Of a DNA stretch of 64,000 bases, positions 23,838-36,840 are shown in pieces; the stretch's first letter is position 1; each line of letters starts with the position of its first letter. The notes under the pieces were generated by a model. It saw only the letters and a list, made by a program, of their open reading frames with translations. It searched no databases and was not told the DNA's origin. This DNA comes from Octopus sinensis (lineage: Eukaryota): NCBI RefSeq assembly GCF_006345805.1, contig NC_043007.1, forward strand, positions 20,956,001 to 21,020,000, written 5' to 3'. The translations under genes were made by a program, and so were the position numbers.

Positions 23838-24514
23838 TGGCTTAAATCCCAGAAATAGTCCATTAAAAGTGGGGAGAAAGATATTGAAAAAGATCAATAC
23901 GTCAGACTGACAAACAAGGAGGGTATGAGGTAGTCATGAGATGTGCTGAAAATAACTTCTAAACAGGTCTTAAATCATTCACCAAAATTATTTTTTTGTT
24001 GTTGGTTTTTGCATAATCGTATGAAATTCCAGTGTGTAGAATACAAATTTGCAAAAATTTTCAGAAAGTTCCAAAAAATAAAAAAGTTATGAAGGGTTAT
24101 GTGGCATGCATAAAGCAGAATTCCACTGCAGGAATATTGGCTAAGTCTCAAAAAACCGACTCACTACCAAAGAATTGAACTTGGATCACTGTGTTCAGAT
24201 TTAAAAGCAAATGTAGACACCCAAACAGGATTTTATCAGGGATTTTATCAGCAAATAGGAAGCCATTCAGCCCTTGGTTGACTCATTAAAACTTGTTTTT
24301 ATCAGGAATTGGACTGACTGGCAAAATATAATAAATCTGGCAAATAGTTAACCCATTAGAATCCTAGTAGTGAACAACATATTGGAATGTCATTAACAAT
24401 TTTGTCTTTGATGCCTTTTCTTTGGCTGCCTGTTGGATATATATTGATGGTTTGCCAAGTAACTGATCAGTGATCATGACACAGTTAAAGTCAACAAGCT
24501 GCAGGAACTTATAG

Positions 24515-24925
24515 CTTTCAAGGCAGCAAGTTGGCAGAGTCGTTAGCACACCAGGCAAAATGCTTGGCGGTATTTCATCTGTTACTACGTTCTGAGTTCC
24601 AATTCCACCGAGTCGACTTTGCCTTTCATCCTTTCGGGGTCGATTAAATAAGTACCAGTTACGCCACTGGGGTCAATATAATCGACTTAATCCATTTGTC
24701 TGTCCTTGTTTGTCCCCTTGTGGGTAGTAAAGAAATAGGTATTTCGTCCACCACTGCGTTCTGAGTTCAAATTCTGCCGAGGTTGACTTTGCCTTTCATC
24801 CTTTCGGGGGTCGATAAATTAAGTACCAGTTACACATTGGGGTCGATGTAATGGACTTAATCCCTTTGTCTGTCCTTGTTTGTCCCCTCTATGTTTAGCC
24901 CCCTGTGGGCAATAAAGAAATAAGG
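24515..24925 (+). mobile_element. Two tandem SINE family 2 copies
   Basis: TTGGCAGAGTCGTTAGCAC head; core repeated at ~24588 and ~24757; tail AATAAAGAAATAAG. Confidence 0.9.
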
Positions 24926-25489
24926 AACTTATATCTTTCACAGTCCCGCACAAACTGATTCACTCAGTGTAAACATCTTTTATATTGTTGTTCTCACACC
25001 AACAGTATTTTTGTTAAAAATAAATGAATGTTTCTGTATTTGGACTTCACATAGACTTTTGTTCTGCTGTCATCCATTGAATATTTAGTCATCACATACT
25101 TATTCCACGAAGGAAGAGTTTAAAACTTCTGATGTCATGAAGTATTTTCTCTACCATGTTGCCAAATATTTATCATTTTATGTAATTTGTTAATTAGAAT
25201 GGTTCATTTTGGTATGAAGATTTTTTTAGCAATAATTATGATAAAAGTAAATTTATATTGAACCAAAACATATCTGAATCATTGCTCAATCTGCAAACAT
25301 AATTAAAATTATCGTTAATCATGGACTGATATTGCTTTTCCTCATTAAATAATTATTTCTAAGCAGCTTTTAATGTCTGTGCTTTAAGTACGTTAACACT
25401 AACTTACATACATACATGCATGCATAAACACACGCATGCAAGCATGCACATGCAAACACACAGATGCGCATGCACATGCACACACACAC

Positions 25490-25722
25490 ACGGCGAGCTG
25501 GCAGACCCGTCAGCATGCCAGGTGAAATGCTTAGCGGTATTTTGTGTGCCGTTATGTTCTGAGTTCAAATTCCGCCAAGGTCGACTTTGCCTTTCATCCT
25601 TTCAGGGTCGATAAATTAAGTACCAGTTACGCACTGAGTCAATGTAATCAACTTTAATCCCTTTGTCTGTCCTTCTTTGTCCCCTCTATGTTTAGCCCCT
25701 TGTGAGCAATAAAGAAATAAGA
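25490..25722 (+). mobile_element. SINE family 2
   Basis: GGCGAGCTGGCAGA head, core and tail. Confidence 0.9.
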
Positions 25723-26323
25723 AACAGTATCCAGACATTATGTAAGCTCTTTGTCTTGTGAAAGCTATAACTTTTCACAACAGGGAAATTAATTGCCCTT
25801 ACTATTGGCTCAAATGAAAAAACAAAAACCCCAAAGATTTGTGCTGTGCAAGTAATTTCAATCAATTCATTTAGAACAACAGAATAAGAAAGACTTTTAT
25901 TCTGACAGACATTCTGAAAATTGCTTCAGTAACATTTACATCTGATTCATGTTGTGGACATATTCTATTATTTCTGAAAGAGAAAGCTGTCGACAGTTAT
26001 TGGTCTTGTCTGGATCCAGACACACATTAGCTTTAACGCTGCTTGTATTAACAATCTCCATATCATTTAAAAGCCATTGCAGTTTTGTATCAGTAACTTT
26101 CTTCCAAAATATACAAAAACCTAAGTAGTCGCAATGATATTCACTAATTAAAAAAAATTTTTTTCTTTATAGTCTTTTTTTAGGCACAGGAGTGGCTGTG
26201 TGGTTCCAGGTTCCAGGTTCAGTCCCACTGCATGGCACCTTGGGCAAGTTTCTTCTACTAAAGCCTCGTGTCTGTGTGTCTGTGTGTGTCTGTATGTGTG
26301 TGTGTGTTTGTGTGTCTCTGCTT

Positions 26324-27440
26324 CCAAATTCACTCACTAGGAATTTAAATAAAGTCTATTTCGGGTTGTTTTCAGGTCTTCTAAAGCTGTATGTTCTTGT
26401 TAATTACAAATCTTGTTTCGGTTATAAGGTCTCTAACATTTGAACAGGACCTATTAGATCTTCTTCAGATGTTGATAGAAAAACGTCTCTGCATATCTTA
26501 ACAATAGTTCATTTATTTACCAGAATTATGTGCCAAGGGAGGAGAAAAACAACAACATGCAGCTTTTACCAAAGGCCAGGAACTTTCAGCACACTAACCT
26601 ATTTCTTTACTACCCACAAGGGGCTAGACACAGAGGGGACAAACAAGGACAGACAAAGGGATTAAGTCGATTACATCGACCCCAGTGTGTATCGACCCCG
26701 AAAGGATGAAAGGCAAAGTCAACCTCGACGGAATTTGAACTCAGAACGTAACGGCAGATGAAATACTGCTAAGCATTCCGCCCAGCATGCTAACACTTCT
26801 GCCAGCTCGTTGCCGTGCACAAACACATACATATATACTATGGGCTTCCACACAGTTTCTGTCTGCCAAATTCACTCACTAGAAATTTAAAAAAAGGTCT
26901 ATTTCGGGTTGTTTTCAGGTCTTCTAAAGCTGTTTCTTCTTGTTAATTACAAATCTTGTTTCGGTTATAAGGACTCTAACATTTGAACAGGACCTATTAG
27001 ATCTTCTTCAGACGTTGATAGAAAAACTTCTCTGCATATCTTAACAATAGTTCATTTATTTACCAGAATTATGCACTAAGGAAGAGAAAAACAAGAACAT
27101 ACAGCTTTCACCAAAAGCCAGGAACTTCCAGCACCCTAACCCTCGTGCACAAGCATATACATATATACCATGGGCTTCCATAAAGTTTCTGTCTGCCAAA
27201 TTCACTCACTAGGAATTTTAAAAAGGTCTATTTTGGGTTGTTTTCAGGTCTTCTAAAGCTGTGTGTTCTTGTTAATTACAAATCTTGTTTCGGTTATAAG
27301 GTCTCTAACATTTGAACAGGACCTATTAGATCTTCTTCAGATGTCGATAGAAAAACTTCTCTGCATATCTTAACAATAGTTCGTTTATTTACCAGAATTA
27401 TGTGCCAAGGGAGGAGAAAAACAACAACATACAGCTTATC
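26324..27440. repeat. Tandem triplication of a ~330-bp unit, with a SINE-2 copy (26603-26815, minus) between units 1 and 2
   Basis: CCAAATTCACTCACTAG at 26324, 26866 and 27196; ~270 bp of near-identical sequence in each unit. Confidence 0.95.
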
Positions 27441-27579
27441 AAAACATGATATACTGGTTTGGAGAATAGATCTGGGTTGAAACATTAATCTATCATTTCT
27501 TTTTTTTATATTTTTGTTGTTGTACTCAAGTAAAAACAATCTATTCATCCAGTATGGTGACTTTGTGTCTTTCAGTGGT

Positions 27580-28050
27580 ATGTGTGTCGATGTGTGTTTA
27601 TGTGCATGCGTGTGTGTGTGTGTGTGTGCGCGCGTGTGTTTATGTGTGTGTGTGTGCATGTATATGTTTGTTTGTATGTATAAGTGTGTGTATGTATATA
27701 TATATGTGTGTGCTTATATATATGGATGTGCATGTATATGTGTTTGTGTGTATGTGTGTGTGTGTATAAATATGTTTGTGTGCATGTATATATGTGTGTA
27801 TGTATATATGTGTGTATGTATATATGCATGTGCCTGTGTATGTGGATATGTATGTATATGCATTTGTGTGTATGTGTGTGTTTGTGCGCATGTATAAGTA
27901 TGTATATGTATATATGCATGTGCCTGTATATGTGGATGTGTATGTATATGTGTTTGTGTGTGTGTATGTATGTTTGTGTGTGCATGAATATGCATGTGTG
28001 CATGTATATGTGCATATATGTATATATGTGTGTGCCTATATATGTGGATG

Positions 28051-28082
<32 letters not shown>

Positions 28083-28216
28083 TGTATATGTGTTTGTGTT
28101 TGTGTGTATGTGTGTGTATGAGTGTGTGTGTGTGCATGAATATGTATATGTGCTCGTATGTGTTTGCACATATATGTATGCATGTGCAAGTATATTTGTG
28201 CATGTATATGTGTGTA

Positions 28217-28279
<63 letters not shown>

Positions 28280-28305
28280 GTATGTGTGTGTGTGTGTGTG
28301 TGTGC
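27580..28305. repeat. Compound (TG)/(TA)/(TATG) microsatellite
   Basis: Direct reading. Confidence 0.95.
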
Positions 28306-28319
28306 CTTTTCTTCTTCCA

Positions 28320-28775
28320 AAACACGGCAGTAAAAACAAACACTGTGTTGGAGTGGGAGATTGTCCCACCCAAAGAGTGCGTGAAAGACTTAGAAGAGAG
28401 GGTGGTGGTGTTGAGGACTTATTCAAAGTCGCTCAACACCATCGCCATCTTCAAAAAGATAGAGATTGAGAACGATTTGGCTGAATATCTGCCAATTATA
28501 AAATTTATTTCCAAGGGTGCCAAGTATGGAACGGTGTGGTTGCTATTTGACCCTCCTGAGGAGGCTCACAAATTTGCGAGCCAGCCGTTAGAGGGCCAAG
28601 AGATCCTGTTTCTTTCCACATATTGTGGGAAGAAGTTGACAAGAGCTTGGGTCTGCAGGTTGCCACCTGGAATGGAATCCAAGTGGATAGAAGATACTAT
28701 CCACTGGGGCCTAGGTGGCAGTGGATCCAAGCTGCTTAATGTAAAAATGTTGCTGGCAGCTGATTGGGTTGCCGT
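28320..28775 (+). pseudogene. L1/Tx1-like LINE ORF1 (RRM-like) fragment
   Basis: ~150 open codons (VVVLRTYSK...KYGTVWLLFD..EEAHKF...TYCGKKLTRAWVCRLPPGMESKWI), resembling the ORF1 RRM region; cut by a SINE-2 at 28775. Assignment from recall only. Confidence 0.5.
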
Positions 28776-29150
28776 TACGTTCTGAGTTCAAACTCCGGCG
28801 AGGTCAACTTTGCCTTTCATCCTTTCAGGGTCGATAAATTAAGAACCAGTTATGCACTGGGGTCAATGTAATCGACTTAATCCCTTTGTCTGTCCTTGTT
28901 TGTCCCTTCTATGTTTAGCTCCTTGTGGGCAATAAAGAAATAAGAAACATTAGCACTCTGGGCGAAATGCTATGTGGTATATCTTCTGTATTTACGTTCT
29001 GAGTTCAAATTCTGCCAAGGTCAACTTTGCTTTTCATCCTTTTGGGGTCGATAAATTAAATACCAGTTACGTAATGGGTCGATCTAAATGACTGGTCCCC
29101 TCCCCCCAAATTTCGGGCCTTGTGCCGAGAGTAGAAAAGAATATGGACAC
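28775..29150 (+). mobile_element. Two tandem SINE family 2 copies
   Basis: Core at ~28780 and ~28997. Confidence 0.85.
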
Positions 29151-29454
29151 CTTAAAACACTAAACAAAAGCATGGTATTTACAACCAAGTAATACGCATG
29201 TCTTTTAACAAATGGCTATGCTTTGCTCTATTCATGTATAATTGCAAAGACAGTTGCATTTTCCAAATATTTACATTATTTGCAATTTATTATACAAATT
29301 TATTATACAAATCCTACATACTATTCAGATGTTTATTTACAATGTTTTGAGCAATGGCAACATATGGCAGACAAACCTACTTTTGTTCATATAATTTCTT
29401 TTCCTTTACAACATTTCGGAAACTACCAAGCATATTTCTATACTAATAATCATC

Positions 29455-29670
29455 CTCATCATCATCATAACCTTCATCATTTAGTGTCTGTTGTCCATGC
29501 TGGCATGGATTGGATAGTTTGGCCAGGGCTGGCAAGCTGAGGGGCTGCACCAGACTCTAGTCTGAATTGGCATCAGTTCTACAGCTGGCTGTCCTTCCTA
29601 ATGCCAACCACTCTGGGAGTGTAATGGGTGCTTTTACATGTCACAAGCATGGATGCCAATTGCATGACAC
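29455..29670 (-). mobile_element. RTE 3' terminal fragment
   Basis: (CAT)n tail plus terminal block. Confidence 0.75.
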
Positions 29671-30016
29671 CAGAAGTAATTAAGAAGTAATTATGTATAA
29701 AATTAAACTTTAGAATTATTTAACGAAACAGCTGTAACAAAACTTTAAAAGACATGATGTATGAGTCTTTCAAAATTTTCACTTTTAGTCAGAAATAGAA
29801 CTAAATACTAACAAAGTTATAAGGTTTGTATGTTTTATATTTGGACAATACTAGTAGCTTTTTTATGTAAGTCGATTAAATGAGTACCAGTTATACACTG
29901 GGGTTGATGAAATTGACTAGCCCCCTCCCCCAAATTTCAGGCCTTGTGTGTATAGTAGAAAAGATTATTTATAGCTTTATGTAAGGTGGGAAGCTGGCAG
30001 AATTGTTAGCATGCCA

Positions 30017-30320
30017 TAGGCGTAGGAGTCTGCTGTGTGGTATGTAGCTTGCTTACCAACCACATGGTTCCGGGTTCAGTCCAACTGCATGGCACCTTGG
30101 GCAAGTGTCTTCAACTATAGCCTCGGGCCGACCAAAGCCTTGTGAGTAGATTTGGTAGACGGAAACTGAATGAAGCCCATCGTATGTGTGTGTGTGTGTG
30201 TGTGTGGCTGTGTGTGTGTGTGTCTGTGTGTGTGTCTGTGTGTGTCTGTGTCTGTGTCTGTGTTTGTCCCCCCGACATCACTTGACAACCGATGCTGGTG
30301 TGTTTACTTCCCCGTAACTT
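30017..30320 (+). mobile_element. SINE family 1, 3'-truncated
   Basis: Family-1 head and body. Confidence 0.85.
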
Positions 30321-30544
30321 ATTTCTTATTTTAGGAAAATAAAAATAAGGAATAAGTGGAAATTTTACCAGCAAATTGTACCAAGTGGGACTGTTGAGTT
30401 TTCATTTCCTCCCTCCTTCAAAATTTTTCTAGAGGAAGGCAACGGAAAAACCGCTCAAGTGCACACAGCTGAAACATGATGCAATACCATAGAAAGCTGA
30501 ATGAGATACACTACTAAGAGAGAACTTGACAATAGATTTTATAA

Positions 30545-31290
30545 GAGGAAGGGCTGAAAAGTTCCTGGCCTTGGGTAAAAGAAAATACAGGAGGGATCAG
30601 TTTTTTTTTCTTTTTACTTGTTTCAGTCATTTGACTGCGGCCATGCTGGAGCACCACCTTTAGTCAAGCAAATCGGCCCCGGGACTTATTCTTTTTGCAA
30701 GCCCAGTACTTATTCTATCGGTCTCTTTTGCCGAACCGCTAAGTTACGGGGACATAAACACACCAGCATCGGTTGTCAAGCGATGTTGGGGAGACAAACA
30801 CAAACACACAAACATATTCACACACACATATATATATACATATATACGACGGGCTTCTTTCAGTTTCCGTCTACCAAATCCACTTACAAGGCATTGGTCA
30901 GCCTGAGGCTATAGCAGATTATGGTTATGATTTTATTCAATATATTCCCCTCTCAGATTCACACACTTATTGCAGAGGTCCGTCAGTTTTTCTAAACCCC
31001 GGAAAAGAACTCAGAATGTTGGGCCTTCAACCAGGGCTTTCCTGAGACCCCTAAAGCCAAGAATCTTTGATTTTATACAAAGAAGTGCTGAAAAGTTCTT
31101 GGCCTTGGGTAAAAGAAAATACAGAGAGATCAGTTATGATTTTATTCAACATATTCCCCTCTCAGATTAAGACACTTATTGCAGAAGTCCCTCAGTTTTT
31201 CTAAGCCCATAAAAGAACTCAAAGGGCTGGGCCTTCAACCAGGCCTTTCATGATACCTTTAAAGCCAGGAATTTTTTAGCACCCTCTCCG
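30545..31290. mobile_element. Mariner-derived MITE pieces interrupted by a SINE-1 (30612-30916, minus) and partly duplicated
   Basis: TIR GCTGAAAAGTTCCTGGC at 30553 and 31088, AATTTTTTAGCACCCTCTC at 31271; internal block duplicated. Confidence 0.75.
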
Positions 31291-31306
31291 ATATGTTCAT
31301 CAAAGG

Positions 31307-31346
<40 letters not shown>

Positions 31347-31914
31347 CTTACATACATTTTCATACATATACATACACATACATATACTCAAATACATGCA
31401 TACATATCATTATGTTAACTTTTCCCTGCCTGTATGGGTCGGACAGAAGTCATGGGGCAGATTTTCTCATGGCAAGAAGCTCTTCCTGTCACCAACCATC
31501 GTCCATTTCCAAGCAATGTAATATTTCTCCATGCCAAGATCTTTCCACAGAAAACTGGAAACAAACAACACTGCTTGTATGACAGGGACACTCATTTACA
31601 TGACGTCAACACAAGGAAACGCAAGCCCATGCACACACACAGATATACAAGGTGGTTGGTGCTGAAAAGTTTCTGGCTTTGGGTTAAAGAAAATACTGGA
31701 GGATCAGTTGATTATGATTTTATACAACATATTCCCCTCTCAGATTCACACACTTATTGCAAGGTGCATGGTGTATCGCACGTCAGGTGTCGAAGTGATC
31801 ACAAAACAACACGAGATGAAGTGTTTTGCTCAAGAACACAAGGCACCAACCGGTCTAGGAATTGAAACCACGCTCTCGCGATTGTGAGTACAACACCCTA
31901 ACCATTAGGCCAAG

Positions 31915-32400
31915 AGTCATCATCATCATCATCGTTTAACGTCCACTTTCCATGCTAGCATGGGTTGGACGGTTCGACAGGGGTCTGGGAAGCCAGGAGG
32001 CTGCACCAGGCTCCAGTCTGATCTGGCAGTGTTTCTACAGCTGGATGCCCTTCCTAACGCCAACCACTCCGTGAGTGTAGTGGGTGCTTTTTACATGCCA
32101 CTGGCACAGGTGCCAGACGAGTCTGGCAAACGGCCATGGTCGGATGGTGCCTTTTACGTGCCACCGGCACGGAGACCAGACGAAGCTGGCAAACGGCCAC
32201 GATTGGTTGGTGCTTTTTACGTGCCACCAGCACAGAGGCCCGTCAGGGCGGTGCTGGCTACGGCCACGTTTGGATGGTTCTCTTATGTGCCACCGGCACT
32301 GGTATCACAGCTACAAATTCCATTAATGTTGATCGATTACGATTCTGATTTTCACTTGCCTCAACAGGTCTTCACAAGTGGAGTTTTGTGTCCCAATAAT
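31915..32400 (-). mobile_element. 5'-truncated RTE copy (3' UTR)
   Basis: From TTTTCACTTGCCTCAACAGGTCTTCACAAGTG to the (CAT)n tail, colinear with 33500-34125. Confidence 0.9.
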
Positions 32401-33464
32401 AATTCTTTCTACTATAGGCACAAGACCCGAAATTTCGGAGGAATAGGGCCAATCAATTACACCGATTCCAGGACTCAACTGGTACTTGTTTCATCGACCC
32501 CCCCTGAAAGGATGAAAATCTAAGTCGACCTCAGCACCAGTTGAACTCTAATAATCAATAGTCTAACAAAAGTGAACTTTCAATGAGATGCCAGTGCTTA
32601 GATCATTAACTCAGAAAATATCCTGTTACTGTTCTGAAATTCTATTTGAGCATGCCTTCCTACCAGAATGTCTCAGCATAAATCCATAACATACCAGTTC
32701 TATTTATATATCAACATTTATTTCAGAACAAAATAACTGATATTATTTCCAACTGTAATATTTAAAGAAATTCATCATAGAATTGTTTATTGCACATTTA
32801 GTGTGAAAATCAATAAATATTTTGAACAGATGTTCAAAAGCTATTCAAATTATATTCCAGTTAACCTTCACACTAGATTAAATTCGACAAACCAACACAT
32901 GTACTTCTGGATACACTATGCCAGTAAAAAAATAAATGGATTAGTCACTGTTGGAATGTCTTTAATCATAGGTTTGATCGATTTCGGATGGTTTATAGTT
33001 AAACAAAGCATGACTTCATAATAGAGTTTGTTGGCCTCTGTAAAATAGCATCTTTTTCCTTTTAAATCTAAAATTAAATAAATTATTCTTCGCTTTTAGA
33101 TCAACTAAAATGGTTCAGCTTTAATTTTAATAAAAAAATTTTTTTCCCTCAGCCGTTGTCGATTTTCTTTTACTTGTTTCAATCATTGGAATGTGGCCAT
33201 GCTGGGGCATCACTCTGAAAGATTTTATTCAAACAAATCAACGCCAGTACTCATTATTATGTCTGGTGCTCACTCTATTAATCTCATTTGCAGAATTGGT
33301 TGGTTATGGGGATGCAAACAAACCAACACCTTTTGTCAAGCAGTACTGTGAAATAAACACAAACATAGATACACACACACACATGGATATATATATATAT
33401 ATATATATATAAGATGGAATTATCAAATTAATAGCCAATTTTTCACCCTCATTTTGATTTTGAT

Positions 33465-33500
<36 letters not shown>

Positions 33501-35194
33501 TCATCATCATCATCATCATCATCATTTAGCGTCCGTTTTCCATGCTAGCATGGGTTGGACGGTTCAACTGGGGTCTGGGGAGCCCGAAGGCTGCACCAGG
33601 CCAGTCAGATCTGGCAGTGTTTCTACAGCTGGATGCCCTTCCTAACGCCAACCACTCCGAGAGTGTAGTGGGTGATTTTATGTGCCACCGACACAGGTGC
33701 CAGACGAGGCTGGCGAACGGCCACGCTCGGATGGTGTTTTTATGTGTCACCGACACAGGTGCCAGACGGGGCTGGCAGACGGCCACGCTCGGATGGTGTT
33801 TTTATGTGCCACCGACACAGGTGCCAGATGAGGCTGGCAGGTGCCAGACGAGGCTGGCAGACGGCCACGCTCGGATGGTGTTTTTATGTGCCACCGACAG
33901 AGGTGCCAGATGAGGCTGGCGGACGGCCACGATCGGATGGTGTTTGTTACGTCCCCAAAGCACGGAGGCCAGTCTATGCGGTACTGGCTACGGCCACGTT
34001 CGGATGATTTTCTTGTGTGCCACCGGCACTGGTACCACAAAGATACAAATTCCATTTATGTTCATCTATTTTGTTGTTTTGATTTGATTTGATTTTCACT
34101 TGCCTCAACAGGTCTTCACAAGTGTCACTTGCCTCAACAGGTCTTCACAAGTGTTACAAGAAGGAAGGTATGCACAGGTGGACTGTCTACGTCGCCGGGT
34201 CTTCGGATGGTGTCTTTATGTGCCACCGACACAGGTGCCAGATGTGGCTGGCGAACGGCCACGATCGGATGGTTTTTTGTGTGCCGCCGGTGCTGGAACC
34301 ACAAAGATACAAATTCCATTGATGTTCATCTATTTTGATTTGGTTTGATTTTCACTTGCCTCAACAGGTCTTCACAAGTGTCACGCGTGTCACACACTTG
34401 CCTCAACAGGTCTCCACAAGTGTCACACACTTGCCTCTGCCTCAACAGGTCTTCACAAGTGTCACACACTTGCCTCTGCCTCAACAGGTCTTCACAAGTG
34501 TCATAAGAGGGAAGGTATGCACAGGTGGACTGACTACGTCGCCGGGTCTTTGGATGGTGTTTTTATGTGCCACCGACACAGGTGCCAGGTGAGGCTGGCG
34601 AACGGCCACGATCAGATGGTGTTTGTTGTGCCCACAGCACGGAGGCCAGTCGATGCGGTACCAGCTACGGCCACTTCGGATGGTTTTCTTGTGTGCCACC
34701 GGTACTGGAACCACAAAGATACAAATTCCATTGATATTCATCTATTTTGATTTGGTTTGATTTTCACTTGCCTCAACAGGTCTTCACAAGTGTCACACAC
34801 TTGCCTCAACAGGTCTTCACAAGTGTCATAAGAGGGAAGGTATGCACAGGTGGACTGACTACGTCGCCGGGTCTTCGGATGGTGTCTTTATGTGCCACCG
34901 GCACAGGTGCCAGATGAGGCTGGCGAACGGCCACGATCGGATGGTGTTTGTTGTGCCCACAGCACGGAGGCCAGTCGATGCGGTACTGGTTACGGCCACG
35001 TTTGGGTGGTTTTCTTGTGTGCCACCGGCACTGGTACCACAAAGAATACAATTCCACTGATGTTCATCTATTTTGATTTGTTTTGATTTGATTTGATTTT
35101 CACTTGCCTCAACAGGTCTTCATAAGTGTCACAAGAAGGAAGGTATGCACAGGACTGACTACGTCCCAGGTCGGGGCCACGGGTTATGGCCTGA

Positions 35195-35848
35195 CTAGTC
35201 TTGCCGGGTCTTCTCATGCACAGCATACTTCCATAGGTCTCGGTCTCTAGACATTTCCTTAGTGAGACCTAAAGTTCGAAGGTCGTGCTTCACCACCTCG
35301 TCCCAGTTTTTCCTGGGTCTACCTCTTCCACAGGTTCCCTCCACTGCCAGGGTGTAGCACTTTTGCACACAACTATCTTCAGCCTTTCTTGTCACATGAC
35401 CATACCAGCGCAGCCGTCTCTCTTGCACGCCACAACTGACGCTTCTTAGGTTCAGCTTTTCTCTCAAGGAACTTACACTCTGACGATTATGAACACTGAC
35501 ATTACACATCCATCGGAGCATACTGGCTTCATTTCTTGCGAGCTTACGCATATCCTCAGCAGTCACGGCCCATGTTTCACTACCATGTAGCATGGCTGTA
35601 CGTACACATGCATCATACAGTCTGCCTTTTACTCTGAGCGAGAGGCCTTTTGTCACCAGCAGGGGTAAGAGCTCTCTAAACTTTGCCCAGGCTATTCTTA
35701 CTCTAGCAGTTACACTTTCAGCACACCCACCCCCGCTACTGACTTGGTCTCCTAGGTAGCGGAAGCTATCAACTACTTCTAGTTTGTCTCCCTGGAACGT
35801 GGCAGAAGTTGGTCTCTGCATATTTCCAGTGTTATTGCTCCTGAGCAT
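35195..35848 (-). CDS. RTE ORF segment 4: RT thumb and C-terminus
   Basis: VDSFRYLG, MLHGSETW, RRLRWYGHV, GRGRPRKNW motifs. Confidence 0.95.
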   Translation of the reverse strand: MLRSNNTGNMQRPTSATFQGDKLEVVDSFRYLGDQVSSGGGCAESVTARVRIAWAKFRELLPLLVTKGLSLRVKGRLYDACVRTAMLHGSETWAVTAEDMRKLARNEASMLRWMCNVSVHNRQSVSSLREKLNLRSVSCGVQERRLRWYGHVTRKAEDSCVQKCYTLAVEGTCGRGRPRKNWDEVVKHDLRTLGLTKEMSRDRDLWKYAVHEKTRQD

Positions 35849-36765
35849 TTGCCACAGACAAAAACTATTTTCCTAGTTAGCCTTCCTTTGACATTGCTGC
35901 ACCTCTTATGTGTCCATAGCTTACACTTGGTGCATCTTATAGAGTTTCTACCTACACCTTTTTTACAGATCGAGCAGGGCCATCTACCTGAAGGCGTTTG
36001 TGATTGATCTACCTTCCTACTTATTAGAACTTTGGTTTTGGCTAGGTTGATTCTAAGGCCCTTCGATTCTAATCCTTGTTTCCACACCTGGAACTTCTCC
36101 TCCAGTTCTGATAGTGACTCAGCAATTAGAGCAAGGTCATCAGCATAGAGGAGCTCCCAGGGGCAACCTGTCTTGAATTCCTCCGTTATTGCCTGGAGGA
36201 CTATGATAAATAGGAGGGGACTGAGGACTGAACCTTGGTGGACCCCAACCTCTACCCGGAATTCTTCACTGTACTCATTGCCCACCCTCACCTTACTAGC
36301 AGCGTCTCTGTACATGGCTTGCACAGCTCTCACCAACCATTCTTCTATCCCTAGTTTCCTCATTGACCACCAGATAAGGGACCGGGGGACCCTGTCAAAG
36401 GCTTTCTCCAAGTCAACAAAAGCCAGGTACAAGGGCTTATCTTTGGCTAGGTATTTCTCCTGCAGCTGTCTTACCAGGAATATAGCATCAGTAGTACTTT
36501 TCCCTGGCACGAACCCAAACTGCATATCATCTAAGGTAACTCTCTCTCTAATTAGTTGGGCTACAACCCTCTCCGTAACCTTCATTACCTGATCCAGCAG
36601 CTTGATGCCCCTGTAGTTATTTGTCTCTAGGGCGTCGCCTTTACCTTTGTAGCAGTTGACTATTATGCTGCTACACCAGTCATTGGGTATGACCCCCTCG
36701 TGTATCACCTGGTTAACTATACGGGTGACTAAGCTATAGCCGACACCACCAGATATTTTGAGCAT
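35779..36765 (-). CDS. RTE ORF segment 3: reverse transcriptase plus PHD-like finger
   Basis: NYRGIKLL, QFGF..GKSTTDAIF, FVDLEKAFDRV, GVHQGSVLSPLLF, LLYADD; CxxC..CxxC..HxxC..CxxC. Confidence 0.97.
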   Translation of the reverse strand: MLKISGGVGYSLVTRIVNQVIHEGVIPNDWCSSIIVNCYKGKGDALETNNYRGIKLLDQVMKVTERVVAQLIRERVTLDDMQFGFVPGKSTTDAIFLVRQLQEKYLAKDKPLYLAFVDLEKAFDRVPRSLIWWSMRKLGIEEWLVRAVQAMYRDAASKVRVGNEYSEEFRVEVGVHQGSVLSPLLFIIVLQAITEEFKTGCPWELLYADDLALIAESLSELEEKFQVWKQGLESKGLRINLAKTKVLISRKVDQSQTPSGRWPCSICKKGVGRNSIRCTKCKLWTHKRCSNVKGRLTRKIVFVCGKCSGAITLEICRDQLLPRSRETN

Positions 36766-36840
36766 CTCTGCAGTAATTCCTGATGGGCCTGGGGCTTTCC
36801 TGTTTTCATGCTTCTAATTGCCTTATCTACTAAGGAACTG

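Noticed and set aside
33542-35086. Repeated ORFs such as MCHRHRCQTRLANGH
   Set aside because: Antisense frames of the tandem RTE 3' UTR units.
33680-35135. CRISPR-like look of regularly spaced repeats (also 54102-54788)
   Set aside because: Intervening sequence is itself repeated rather than unique, no cas genes, eukaryotic context.
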